32,000 nucleotides of DNA. Origin: Longivirga aurantiaca. Lineage in GTDB: Bacteria; Actinomycetota; Actinomycetes; S36-B12; CAIYMF01. The stretch's first letter is position 1; each line of letters starts with the position of its first letter. Made by a program: the position numbers and the translations under genes. Location of the stretch: the NCBI RefSeq assembly GCF_042660085.1, contig NZ_JBHSTI010000008.1:990001-1022000 (forward strand). The letters run 5' to 3'. This document shows, one piece after another, positions 24,275 through 32,000 of the stretch. The notes below the pieces were generated by a model, which was not told where the DNA came from, ran no database searches, and worked only from the letters and a program-made list of their open reading frames with translations.

Positions 24275-24304
24275 TTCGAACTTCCCGGCGTGTCGCTCTA
24301 GGAT
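24275..24304 (+). promoter_or_regulatory. Housekeeping-type promoter candidate for recA (TTCGAA-N18-TAGGAT), abutting the LexA box
   Basis: The hexamers are read by eye. The -10 TAGGAT (24299-24304) fits TAnnnT, but the -35 is weak. Confidence 0.4.
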
Positions 24305-24319
24305 CGAACAGGCGTTCGA
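24304..24319. promoter_or_regulatory. LexA SOS box TCGAAC-aggc-GTTCGA
   Basis: A perfect match to the actinobacterial SOS box consensus TCGAAC-N4-GTTCGA, about 150 nt upstream of the recA ATG. Confidence 0.85.
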
Positions 24320-24409
24320 CCTAGTCTGGGCGCACGCACTCGAGCTCGTCCCCAGGTCGCCCGGCTCGGCCGGTCGTCCACAGGAACGGGGGAGCAGTGC
24401 CGGAGCCGC

Positions 24410-24431
24410 TGTCGGACCTCGTCCGTAGCGT
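24410..24431 (+). promoter_or_regulatory. RecA-NDp/PafBC-type promoter motif TGTCGgac-N8-TAGCGT upstream of recA
   Basis: TGTCG-GAC-CTCGTCCG-TAGCGT fits tTGTCRgtg-N8-TAnnnT with the correct spacing. It lies 41 nt upstream of ATG 24472. Confidence 0.6.
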
Positions 24432-24471
24432 CACCGCCATCGTCATCCGCAGCACACGAAGGCAGGTCCTC

Positions 24472-25551
24472 ATGGCCCCCTCCAAGACCCCCGGCGGCTC
24501 CGGCAGCTCCGACCGCGAGAAGGCGCTCGACACCGCCCTCGCCCAGATCGAGCGCCAGTTCGGCAAGGGCTCGGTCATGCGGCTCGGCCAGGAGGGCCGC
24601 GCCCCGATCGAGGTCATCCCCACCGGCTCCGTCGCGCTCGACGTCGCGCTCGGCATCGGCGGCCTCCCGCGCGGCCGTGTGATCGAGATCTACGGCCCCG
24701 AGTCCAGCGGGAAGACCACGCTGGCCCTGCACGCGATCGCCAACGCGCAGAAGGCCGGCGGCATCGCCGCGATCATCGACGCCGAGCACGCGCTCGACCC
24801 CGAGTACGCCAAGGCCCTCGGCGTCGACATCGACGCGCTGCTCGTGAGCCAGCCCGACAACGGCGAGCAGGCGCTCGAGATCACCGACATGCTCATCCGC
24901 TCCGGCGCCGTCAGCATCATCGTCATCGACTCCGTGGCCGCGCTCGTGCCGCGTGCGGAGATCGAGGGCGAGATGGGCGACAGCCACGTCGGCCTGCAGG
25001 CCCGCCTCATGAGCCAGGCCCTGCGCAAGCTCGCCGGCGCGCTCTCCAACTCCAACACCACCGCGATCTTCATCAACCAGCTGCGCGAGAAGATCGGCGT
25101 GATGTTCGGCTCGCCGGAGACCACCACCGGTGGCAAGGCGCTGAAGTTCTACGCATCGGTCCGCCTCGACGTCCGTCGCATCGAGACGCTGAAGGACGGC
25201 ACCGAGGCGGTGGGCAACCGCACCCGCGTCAAGGTCGTGAAGAACAAGATGGCCCCGCCCTTCAAGCAGGCCGAGTTCGACATGATCTACGGCGAGGGCA
25301 TCTCCCGCGAGGGCAGCCTCATCGACATGGGTGTCGAGCACGGCTTCGTCCGCAAGTCCGGTGCCTGGTACACCTACGAGGGCGACCAGCTCGGTCAGGG
25401 CAAGGAGAACGCCCGCACGTTCCTCAAGGACAACCCCGACCTCGCCGACGAGCTCGAGCGCAAGATCCTGGCCAAGCTCGGCATCGGCGTCCCGCTCGAG
25501 TCCGAGATCGACGACATCGTCATCCCCGACGTCGTCCCGATCGACCTCTAG
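24472..25551 (+). CDS. recA: Recombinase RecA (359 aa, no intein)
   Basis: It carries GPESSGKTT (Walker A) and [10 protein letters not shown] (Walker B), and RecA similarity runs the full length. I start it at ATG 24472 (MAPSKTPGG) with GAAGG upstream. The track start at 24397 adds a non-RecA-like extension. Confidence 0.97.
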   Translation: MAPSKTPGGSGSSDREKALDTALAQIERQFGKGSVMRLGQEGRAPIEVIPTGSVALDVALGIGGLPRGRVIEIYGPESSGKTTLALHAIANAQKAGGIAAIIDAEHALDPEYAKALGVDIDALLVSQPDNGEQALEITDMLIRSGAVSIIVIDSVAALVPRAEIEGEMGDSHVGLQARLMSQALRKLAGALSNSNTTAIFINQLREKIGVMFGSPETTTGGKALKFYASVRLDVRRIETLKDGTEAVGNRTRVKVVKNKMAPPFKQAEFDMIYGEGISREGSLIDMGVEHGFVRKSGAWYTYEGDQLGQGKENARTFLKDNPDLADELERKILAKLGIGVPLESEIDDIVIPDVVPIDL

Positions 25552-25557
25552 GACGCC

Positions 25558-26169
25558 GTGTCCCTCTCACGACGTGCGTCGGCCGACGGCCCCACCGCGG
25601 GGTCGTCGGCCGACGACGTCCCGGACGCCGACCCCGTCGACGTCGCCCGCTCGGTCTGCCTGTCCCAGCTCGCGATGGGGCCGCGCACCCGCGGCCAGCT
25701 CGCGACGGTGCTGCGACGCCGGGGGATCGAGGACGACGTCGCCGCGCAGGTGCTCGACCGGTTCGAGGAGGTCGCCCTCGTCGACGACGCGGCGTTCTCG
25801 GAGAACTACGTGCAGCGCCGGCACGCGTCCTCGGGCCTCGCCCGACGCGCCCTCGGGCACGAGCTGCGGGGCAAGGGCGTCAGCGAGGCCGTGGTGTCCG
25901 AGGCGCTCGAGACCCTCGACCCGGACGACGAGCTCGCCACGGCGCGGGCGCTGGTGGCCAAGAAGCTGCCCTCGACCAAGCGGCTCGACGTCGAGTCCCG
26001 CACCCGGCGCCTCGTCGGCATGCTGGCCCGCAAGGGCTACTCCGGCGGGATGGCGATGCGGGTGGTGCGCGAGGCGCTCGCGGCGGAGAAGGAGCTCGAC
26101 GACCTCGAGCGCGCCTTCCTCGAGGGGCTCGACGGCGAGCTCTCGGACGCCGCGCGCGTGGGGGAGTAG
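25558..26169 (+). CDS. recX: Recombination regulator RecX
   Basis: It starts 6 nt downstream of recA. The three-repeat helical RecX-like sequence includes CLSQLAMGPRTRGQL and ARKGYSGGMAMRVVRE. Confidence 0.85.
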   Translation: MSLSRRASADGPTAGSSADDVPDADPVDVARSVCLSQLAMGPRTRGQLATVLRRRGIEDDVAAQVLDRFEEVALVDDAAFSENYVQRRHASSGLARRALGHELRGKGVSEAVVSEALETLDPDDELATARALVAKKLPSTKRLDVESRTRRLVGMLARKGYSGGMAMRVVREALAAEKELDDLERAFLEGLDGELSDAARVGE

Positions 26170-26172
26170 GCG

Positions 26173-26862
26173 CTAGCTCGAGGCACTGGGCGGGGCGTCG
26201 TCCGCGCACCCGCCGTGGCCGGCCGCGAACTTCGCTGCCACCAGCTGTGCCATCTCCGGGTTCGCCCGGGCGAACTCCCTGATGGCCAGGCCCGGCAGGT
26301 CGTCGAGCCGCTTCTGCACCGTGTCGGCCAGCCGCCGCATGAGCACCGCGAGCTGCTCGACGTCCTCGCGCTCCCACTCCGAGAGCAGGATGCGGGTGAA
26401 GAAGCGCGAGATCGCCGTGGTGTCGGCCACCACGGCCCGGCCGAGCTCGGTGAGCTCCACCGTCGTGCGCCGACGGTCGGCCGGGTCCACGCCGCGCAGC
26501 ACGAGCCCGTCGTGCTCGACGTCGCCGAGCAGGCGGCTCACGGTCGAGTGCTCGAGGTCGAGCTCCTCGGCCACGTCCTTCACCGAGACCACGCCGTTGC
26601 GCTCGAAGAGCTCGGACACGGCGTCGCAGGCGAACACCTTGGCCATGTCGACCTGGCGGCCGAGCGCCGGCACCGGCACCTGGCCGGCCGGCGGGCGGAT
26701 CATCGACTTGCGGAGCTTGCGGAAGGACCGGTCGAGCGCGTCGACGAGGTCGTCCGGCAGGTGCGCCCCGGCCATATCGGGTGACGGCTCGGGCACGCGC
26801 GGTAGCGCCTCGAGGGCGGCCGCGGCCGCCTCCTCGGGGGACCTCCCGCGTGCGCTGCTCAT
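26173..26862 (-). CDS. MarR-family winged-HTH regulator with N- and C-terminal extensions (229 aa)
   Basis: ATG 26862 is preceded by GAGGAC. The winged HTH is VSVKDVAEELDLEHSTVSRLLGDVEHDGLV. It is divergent from the MMPL gene. Confidence 0.7.
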   Translation of the reverse strand: MSSARGRSPEEAAAAALEALPRVPEPSPDMAGAHLPDDLVDALDRSFRKLRKSMIRPPAGQVPVPALGRQVDMAKVFACDAVSELFERNGVVSVKDVAEELDLEHSTVSRLLGDVEHDGLVLRGVDPADRRRTTVELTELGRAVVADTTAISRFFTRILLSEWEREDVEQLAVLMRRLADTVQKRLDDLPGLAIREFARANPEMAQLVAAKFAAGHGGCADDAPPSASS

Positions 26863-26890
26863 GTCCTCACCCTCGTGGAAACTCAGTTTG

Positions 26891-26949
26891 CGTGTGTCGC
26901 ACACATACTTTACCGTACGAGATACGTGTGTAGCACATGCTTGTGTGCT
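26891..26949. promoter_or_regulatory. Operator-like repeats in the low-GC MarR/MMPL divergent gap
   Basis: A direct repeat CGTGTGTnGCACA occurs at 26891-26903 and 26925-26937. Inverted repeats are TGTGT-cgc-ACACA (26893-26905) and AGCACA-tgcttg-TGTGCT (26932-26949). On the minus strand, a TAAAGT -10-like hexamer sits at 26907-26912. Confidence 0.5.
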
Positions 26950-27001
26950 GACGCCTCTCGGCCACCGGGCCGTGGGGACCTCGTTCGAAGGAACTGCAGT
27001 C

Positions 27002-29572
27002 ATGGGTGGTCTGTCCCGCTGGGCAGTGCGCAAGCCGTGGTGGGCGCTCCTCGCGTTCATCGTGCTGGCCGGAGTCATCGGATTCCTCGGCAGCGTCAAG
27101 GGCGGTGAGCTCAAGGACTCCTTCGAGCTCCCCGACACCGAGTCGCTGCAGGCGCAGCAGCTGCTCGAGCAGCTGCCCGCCGGCACCGGCGGCGACGTCA
27201 ACGCGATCACCGCCACGGTCGTGTGGTCGCCCGACACCGACGGCGCGCCCGCGGTCGACCCGGCCACCGCCGAGGCGATCACCGGGATGCTCACGACCAT
27301 CTCCAAGGTCGAGGGCGTCTCCTGCGTGACCAACCCGTTCGACCAGACCGGCGCCGGCCTCGGTGTCGACTGCCCGGCCCCGCAGGGTCCGCCGGACCTC
27401 TCCCAGGTGCCCGCCGAGCAGCAGGAGGCCTTCAAGGCTGCGCTGCTCGCCTCCCAGCAGGCGCTCTCGCCGATCTCGCCCGACGGTCACGTGGCCAAGG
27501 CCACCATCACCTTCGACGGCGGCGAGGCCGGCGACGAGGTCTCCACCGAGACCGCCAAGGCCGTCATCGACGCAGTCAAGGCCGCCAACGCCGAGGACGG
27601 CATCACCGTCGGCGCCAGCGGCCAGGTGCTCGCGTTCGCCGGTCAGGAGCCCCCGAGCTCCGAGGCCGTGGGCATGCTCGTGGCGCTGGTGATCCTGCTC
27701 ATCGCGTTCGGCTCGTTCCTCGCGGCCGGCCTGCCGCTGCTCACCGCCGGCATCGGCGTCGGCCTCGGTGCCAGCCTGCTGCTCTACGTCGCGAACTTCT
27801 ACGACGTCGCCACCTTCGCCCCCACGCTCGCGGCCATGATCGGTCTCGGCGTCGGCATCGACTACTCGCTGTTCGTCATCAACCGCTACCGCCAGGCGAT
27901 CCTCGCCGGGCATGAGCCGAAGAAGGCCGCGCTCGAGGCGGTCAACACCTCCGGCCGTGCCGTCGTCTTCGCGGCGTCCACGGTGATCATCGGCCTGCTC
28001 GGCCTGCTGTTCATGGGCATCGGCTTCTTCACCGGTCTCGCCTTCGCGGCCACCGGCACGGTGGTGCTCGTCATGCTGTCGGCCGTCTGGCTGCTGCCCG
28101 CGATCCTGTCGCTGCTCGGCAACAGGGCGGTCGATCCCGTGTCGCTGCTCATCAGCCGCGGCCTGCGCACCCCCGGTCGTCCGCGCCTGGTCACCCTGGC
28201 GACCCTGCTCGTGGTGACCGCCCTGATCTCGCTGGGCGTCCTCGCCAATGCGACGGCCGAGATCGGGCAGAAGGCCGTCGGCGTCGGCGTCGTGGTCGGT
28301 GCTGTGGCGCTCGTCGTGCTGCTCTCGCCGTTCTTCTACAAGATCACCCGGCACGCGCGGCACGACGGCGAGCCGTGGCACCCCGAGGGCGGCCGCTGGG
28401 CCCACTACGCCCGGCTCATCCAGAAGCGCCCGATCATCCCCGCGATCCTGTCGCTCGCCGCGGTCCTGATGCTCGCCGTCCCGGCGCTCAGCCTGCGGCT
28501 CGGCTTCCCCGACGACTCGGGCACGCCCGAGGGCAGCATCAGCCGCATCGCGTACGACCTGCAGACCGAGGGCTTCGGCGCCGGCTCCAACGGCCCGTTC
28601 CTCGTCGCGGTGCAGCTGCCGCAGAACGGCGACGTCGCCGGCCTCGGCGCCATCGTCGGGGCCCTCGAGCAGACCGAGGGCGTCGCCGCCGTCGTCCCGA
28701 GCACCGCGATGCTGCCGATCATGGGCGCCCAGCTGCAGGACTCGGACGTCACCGCGATCCAGGTCGTGCCCACGACCGGCCCGCAGGACGTCAAGACCGA
28801 CGAGCTGCTCGACCGCCTGCGCGAGGAGACCCTCCCGCCCGTGCGCGAGTCCACCTCGGCCGAGGCGTACGTCGGCGGGGCCACCGCCATCGTCGCGGAC
28901 TTCAGCACGGTCCTGACCGACGCCATGCCGCTTTTCCTCAGCGTGGTGGTGGGCCTGGGCTTCATCATGCTGCTGATCCTGTTCCGCTCGGCCGTCGTGT
29001 CGCTGACCGCCGTCGTGACGTCGCTGCTCAGCTTCGCGGCGTCCACCGGCATCACCGTCGCGGTGTTCCAGTGGGGCTGGCTCAACGACATCCTCGGGGT
29101 CACCGGGACGGGGCCGATCTTCCCGTTCCTGCCCGTCATGGTGTTCGCGATCCTGTTCGGCCTCTCGATGGACTACCACGTCTTCCTCGTGAGCCGCATG
29201 CAGGAGGAGTGGTCGCGCACGCACGACAACGCGGTCGCCGTACGCCGTGGCCTCGCCGGATCCGGCAAGGTCGTGCTGATGGCCGCGCTCATCATGTTCA
29301 GCGTGTTCGCGGCGTTCATCCCGACCCCGGACAACACGATCAAGCTGTTCGGCGTGGCGCTCGCCTCGGCGGTCCTCGTGGACGCGTTCCTGATCCGCCT
29401 GATCTTCGTGCCGGCGTTCATGTCGATGCTCGGCAAGGCCAACTGGTGGCTGCCCGCATGGCTCGCCAACCGGCTGCCTCACTTCGACGTCGAGGGCGGC
29501 GCGGACGAGATCGCCGACGACCAGGAGCCCGATTCGGTCGGCGGCGAGAAGGAACCCGCGAACGTGCACTGA
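27002..29572 (+). CDS. MMPL family (RND superfamily) membrane transporter (856 aa)
   Basis: ATG 27002 is preceded by GAAGGA. It has two 6-TM bundles separated by soluble domains, and the MMPL-type GIDYSLFV and GLSMDYHVFLVSRM motifs. Confidence 0.85.
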   Translation: MGGLSRWAVRKPWWALLAFIVLAGVIGFLGSVKGGELKDSFELPDTESLQAQQLLEQLPAGTGGDVNAITATVVWSPDTDGAPAVDPATAEAITGMLTTISKVEGVSCVTNPFDQTGAGLGVDCPAPQGPPDLSQVPAEQQEAFKAALLASQQALSPISPDGHVAKATITFDGGEAGDEVSTETAKAVIDAVKAANAEDGITVGASGQVLAFAGQEPPSSEAVGMLVALVILLIAFGSFLAAGLPLLTAGIGVGLGASLLLYVANFYDVATFAPTLAAMIGLGVGIDYSLFVINRYRQAILAGHEPKKAALEAVNTSGRAVVFAASTVIIGLLGLLFMGIGFFTGLAFAATGTVVLVMLSAVWLLPAILSLLGNRAVDPVSLLISRGLRTPGRPRLVTLATLLVVTALISLGVLANATAEIGQKAVGVGVVVGAVALVVLLSPFFYKITRHARHDGEPWHPEGGRWAHYARLIQKRPIIPAILSLAAVLMLAVPALSLRLGFPDDSGTPEGSISRIAYDLQTEGFGAGSNGPFLVAVQLPQNGDVAGLGAIVGALEQTEGVAAVVPSTAMLPIMGAQLQDSDVTAIQVVPTTGPQDVKTDELLDRLREETLPPVRESTSAEAYVGGATAIVADFSTVLTDAMPLFLSVVVGLGFIMLLILFRSAVVSLTAVVTSLLSFAASTGITVAVFQWGWLNDILGVTGTGPIFPFLPVMVFAILFGLSMDYHVFLVSRMQEEWSRTHDNAVAVRRGLAGSGKVVLMAALIMFSVFAAFIPTPDNTIKLFGVALASAVLVDAFLIRLIFVPAFMSMLGKANWWLPAWLANRLPHFDVEGGADEIADDQEPDSVGGEKEPANVH

Positions 29573-29687
29573 CGTCATACTGGTGGTGGCCGAGCGAGAG
29601 CCCGGCCGCCCGCACGCAGAGACCCGGGGGAAGTGCGACATCGTCGGTCGCACGGCAACGGGGGAGTCGTGCGACAGGCGACATGAA

Positions 29688-29729
29688 GGCCCGGGACGCA
29701 CGCATCCGCGAGGGTGGGCGTCCCGGGCC
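29688..29729 (+). terminator. Stem-loop (GGCCCGGGACGC-N18-GCGTCCCGGGCC) downstream of the MMPL gene
   Basis: A 12-bp perfect GC-rich stem, 116 nt after the MMPL stop. There is no U tract, so its function is uncertain. Confidence 0.4.
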
Positions 29730-29820
29730 TCCGTGCGTCGTCACCGCGATCGCCTCGCCCCGCCGGTGTGTCCGACCCCGCGTATGCCGCTGGGCGCCGA
29801 CCTCGGGGGACCATGGGCGC

Positions 29821-30231
29821 ATGAGCCGCCGCGGGACGCTGCACCACCTCGAGATCTGGGTGCCCGACCTGGCGCGGGCCGAGGCCTCGTGGGGCTGGCT
29901 GCTCGAGCGGCTCGGCTACACCCTCGACGCCAGCTGGCCCGCGGGGCGCACCTGGCTGCTGGGCACGGCGTACCTCTCGATCGAGGCGGGCCCGGACGTC
30001 GTCGAGGGGCCGCACGAGCGCCTGCGGCCCGGCATGAACCATGTGGCGTTCTGGGCCGGCTCCCGTACGGAGGTCGACGCCCTCGTGGTCGAGTCGGGGC
30101 ATCACGGGTGGACGCTGCTGTTCGCCGAGCGGCATCCGTACGCCGGCGGTCCCGAGCACTATGCGGCGTACCTCGCAGACCCGGACGGCTACGAGGTCGA
30201 GCTGGTCGCCGACCCCCTCGGCATCGCCTGA
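29821..30231 (+). CDS. VOC/glyoxalase-family protein (136 aa)
   Basis: LHHLEIWVPDLARAEASWGWLLERLGY and NHVAFWA are typical of the VOC fold. The in-frame upstream ATG 29683 was rejected. Confidence 0.7.
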   Translation: MSRRGTLHHLEIWVPDLARAEASWGWLLERLGYTLDASWPAGRTWLLGTAYLSIEAGPDVVEGPHERLRPGMNHVAFWAGSRTEVDALVVESGHHGWTLLFAERHPYAGGPEHYAAYLADPDGYEVELVADPLGIA

Positions 30232-30257
30232 GGCACGACCACCCGCCCCCGTCACCC

Positions 30258-30313
30258 TGATCGATCCGTCGCTTCCCGGCCCCGGAAACGACGGATCGAT
30301 CAGTCTGAGCGAC
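30258..30313. repeat. 56-nt palindromic intergenic element, copy 2 (the other copy is at 14521-14576)
   Basis: TGATCGATCCGTCGCTTCC...CGACGGATCGATCAGTCTGAGCGAC. The outer stem TGATCGATCCGTCG/CGACGGATCGATCA is 14 bp and perfect. It lies between the convergent VOC(+) and acyltransferase(-) genes. Confidence 0.75.
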
Positions 30314-30324
30314 AGGGGCGTCGA

Positions 30325-32000
30325 CTAGTTCGAGAGGGCGGCCTTCTTCACGAAGTTGCCGAAGTACGGCTTGCCCTTCTCGGTGAGGTGCAGGCCGTCC
30401 TTGAACCAGCCGTCCTTGTCGGTGGAGTAGGTGCGCCAGTCGGCGAGCACGACGTTGTCGTGCCGCGAGGCGACCGCGGCCATCACCTGGTTGCTCGGCT
30501 TCACCCACGCGAACCGCGCCGTCGAGGTGACGAGCACGATGCGGGTGCGGTCGCCGAGCTGGGCGATGGTGGCCTCGAGCCGGTCCTCGGACACCGGGCC
30601 CGCCGTGCCCATGTGCATCACGACGATCGGGCGCAGGGTGCCGCGGGCCAGGCTCGCGAGCACGGCGTCCTGCATGTTCGCGGGCGACCGGTTGATCGCG
30701 GCATCGAGCTTCACGCCCGGCAGGATCGCGCGGAGCGCGTCGGCCGACCACAGGGTGACGGAGTCGCCGTACCAGCTGATGTCGCCGGTACCGAGGCCCT
30801 CGGTCGAGCGCTTCTCGCCCGGGGGGAGGACGACCGGGGGCTTCGAGCTCGCGCTCGGCTTCGGCGTGGGCGTGGTCGACGGCTTGCTCGAGGGCGTGGT
30901 CGACGGCTTCGTGGACGGCGACATGCTCGGCGCAGCGGTCGGTGAGGCGTCGTCCGAGATGGCCTCGGTGGAGCCGTACTCGCCGTACGCGGCCGCCACG
31001 GGATCGGTCTTGGGCAGCGTCGCGAACGACGCCACGAGGGCCGCGGCCACGGCGGTCGTCACGAGCAGCGTGCCGATGGTGGCGCCGCGGCGCGGGACCA
31101 CGGCGTCCACCGGTCCGACGGTGCGCGCGCGCTCGCGCATCGATGCCACGGCCTTCCCGATCGCGCCGTGGCGGATGGGCACCTCGACGTACCGGTACGA
31201 CAGCGCGGCGACGCCGAGGGTCAGGGCGACCCGGCCGACGTCGACGAGCGGGCCCTCCCATGGGATGTCCACGCCCGGCCGTGTCACCAGGAGGATCGGC
31301 CAGTGCCAGAGGTAGATGCCGTACGACCGCTCGCCGACCCACCGCATCGGGGCGACGTCGAGCAGGCGCCCGATCGGTGCGCCGGGGTGGGTTGCCGAGG
31401 CGATGACCAGCGCGAAGACCGCTGCGGCGAGGAGGAACCCGCCGCGGTAGAGCCACGGGGTGTACTCCGTGATGGTGACGAACAGCCACGCCGTCATCGC
31501 GAGCCCGACGACGCCGGCGCCGATCATGGCCGTGCGGGCGCCGGCGGGGATGGTGGTGCGGAAATGGGCGGGGCGCCACACCGTGGCCAGCGCCGCCCCG
31601 AGCAGCACCGACATCGCGTGCGTGTCGGTGCCGAAGTAGACGCGGGTCGGGTCGGCGTCGAGGGGCATGCCGCGCGAGATCGACAGCCACGACATCCAGA
31701 GCGTGGAGGCGACCGCGCCGCCGAGCGCAACGATCAGCACGAGGCGCCGCCGCGACAGCCCGCGCCGGTTGGCGAACCAGCAGAGCCCGCCCAGGATCAC
31801 CGGCCACAGCAGGTAGAACTGCTCCTCGACCGCGAGCGACCACAGGTGCGCGAGCACGTTTCCGCGCCCGATCAGCTCGAAGTAGGACTGCTCCTGCCCG
31901 AGCGCCCACCAGTTGCTGATGTAGAGCGCGGCGCCGGGGAGGTCGCGCAGGAACTGCTCGGCCACGTCGTTCGCGACCGTCGACACGAGGATCGCCGTGC
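30325..32000 (-). CDS. Acyltransferase-3 family membrane protein with a C-terminal SGNH-hydrolase-like domain (OafA/YrhL-like); N-terminus lies outside the window
   Basis: The frame is open to the right window edge. It has multi-TM acyltransferase motifs (HLWSLAVEEQFY, SYGIYLWHWP), a Pro/Ser/Thr/Lys-rich linker and an SGNH-like tail. Confidence 0.8.
   Translation of the reverse strand, partial: TAILVSTVANDVAEQFLRDLPGAALYISNWWALGQEQSYFELIGRGNVLAHLWSLAVEEQFYLLWPVILGGLCWFANRRGLSRRRLVLIVALGGAVASTLWMSWLSISRGMPLDADPTRVYFGTDTHAMSVLLGAALATVWRPAHFRTTIPAGARTAMIGAGVVGLAMTAWLFVTITEYTPWLYRGGFLLAAAVFALVIASATHPGAPIGRLLDVAPMRWVGERSYGIYLWHWPILLVTRPGVDIPWEGPLVDVGRVALTLGVAALSYRYVEVPIRHGAIGKAVASMRERARTVGPVDAVVPRRGATIGTLLVTTAVAAALVASFATLPKTDPVAAAYGEYGSTEAISDDASPTAAPSMSPSTKPSTTPSSKPSTTPTPKPSASSKPPVVLPPGEKRSTEGLGTGDISWYGDSVTLWSADALRAILPGVKLDAAINRSPANMQDAVLASLARGTLRPIVVMHMGTAGPVSEDRLEATIAQLGDRTRIVLVTSTARFAWVKPSNQVMAAVASRHDNVVLADWRTYSTDKDGWFKDGLHLTEKGKPYFGNFVKKAALSN
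30868..30909 (-). repeat. 24-bp-period tandem duplication inside the acyltransferase linker
   Basis: GGGCGTGGTCGACGGCTT occurs twice (30868-30885 and 30892-30909). It encodes the repeated KPSTTP units. Confidence 0.8.

Noticed and set aside
24397-24471. A 25-aa N-terminal extension of recA from the track start at 24397
   Set aside because: The extension ([24 protein letters not shown]) is not RecA-like and would overlap the RecA-NDp-type promoter. ATG 24472 gives the canonical RecA N-terminus and has GAAGG upstream.
29650-29700. A guanidine-II (mini-ykkC) or other riboswitch in the MMPL-VOC gap
   Set aside because: I could not find the paired ACGR-loop hairpins or any other class-defining consensus by eye. 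It is kept only as a generic structured-region finding.
26867-29701. A 944-aa minus-strand ORF antisense to the MMPL gene, and 29741..31909 (minus strand) overlapping the acyltransferase gene in another frame
   Set aside because: This is the same high-GC artefact pattern. The MMPL and acyltransferase frames have coherent TM topology and family motifs.
29683-29820. In-frame upstream ATG 29683 as the start of the VOC protein
   Set aside because: The extra 46 aa are Arg/Cys/Pro-rich and include the 12-bp GC hairpin. VOC-fold similarity begins right at MSRRGTLHHLEIWV (29821). GC3 is about 84%, so the call is not fully certain.
1-32000. Search for tRNA/rRNA genes, CRISPR arrays, transposase, integrase or phage genes, and toxin-antitoxin or defence-system gene pairs
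   Set aside because: None was seen. There is no tRNA T-loop-like GGTTCGAATCC-type sequence, no regularly spaced direct repeats, and every sizeable ORF with coding-like GC3 is accounted for by housekeeping, regulator, transporter or small-enzyme families.

Overview
This is a high-GC (about 70% or more) actinobacterial chromosomal core segment. The lineage cannot be fixed from sequence alone, and Nocardioides/Propionibacteriales-like is only a guess. I call 28 protein-coding genes and see no tRNA, rRNA, CRISPR array, transposase or integrase. The backbone follows the conserved actinobacterial order thyX-dapA-rnj-ftsK, a RodZ-like HTH gene, rimO-pgsA-cinA, clgR, nei, lhr, and DUF3046-recA-recX. 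Interspersed are regulator/transporter pairs (TetR-MFS, MarR-DHA2 MFS, MarR-MMPL) and small enzymes (GNAT, NADPH/F420-reductase-like, class II aldolase, VOC/glyoxalase, and a partial acyltransferase-SGNH). Many long ORFs in the supplied track are antisense or out-of-frame artefacts of the GC content, and several track starts had to be moved inward. I did not find a convincing new multi-gene protein system. The signals worth a second look are noncoding. (1) A near-perfect 21-bp inverted repeat sits between lhr and a divergent small membrane ORF. (2) A 56-nt palindromic element is present twice, both times in convergent gene gaps. (3) The DNA-damage wiring includes a perfect LexA box and a RecA-NDp/PafBC-type motif at recA, and a second PafBC-type motif directly abutting a leaderless lhr start. 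(4) Two identical-format ECF promoters (GGGAACA-N17-CGTT) lie upstream of clgR and of the reductase gene that splits lhr from nei. (5) There is a recurrent leaderless-start architecture, with TAnnnT 6-7 nt before the start codon. (6) Operator-like palindromes occur at all three regulator/transporter pairs. All motif calls come from reading the sequence by eye. No database search or RNA folding was run.
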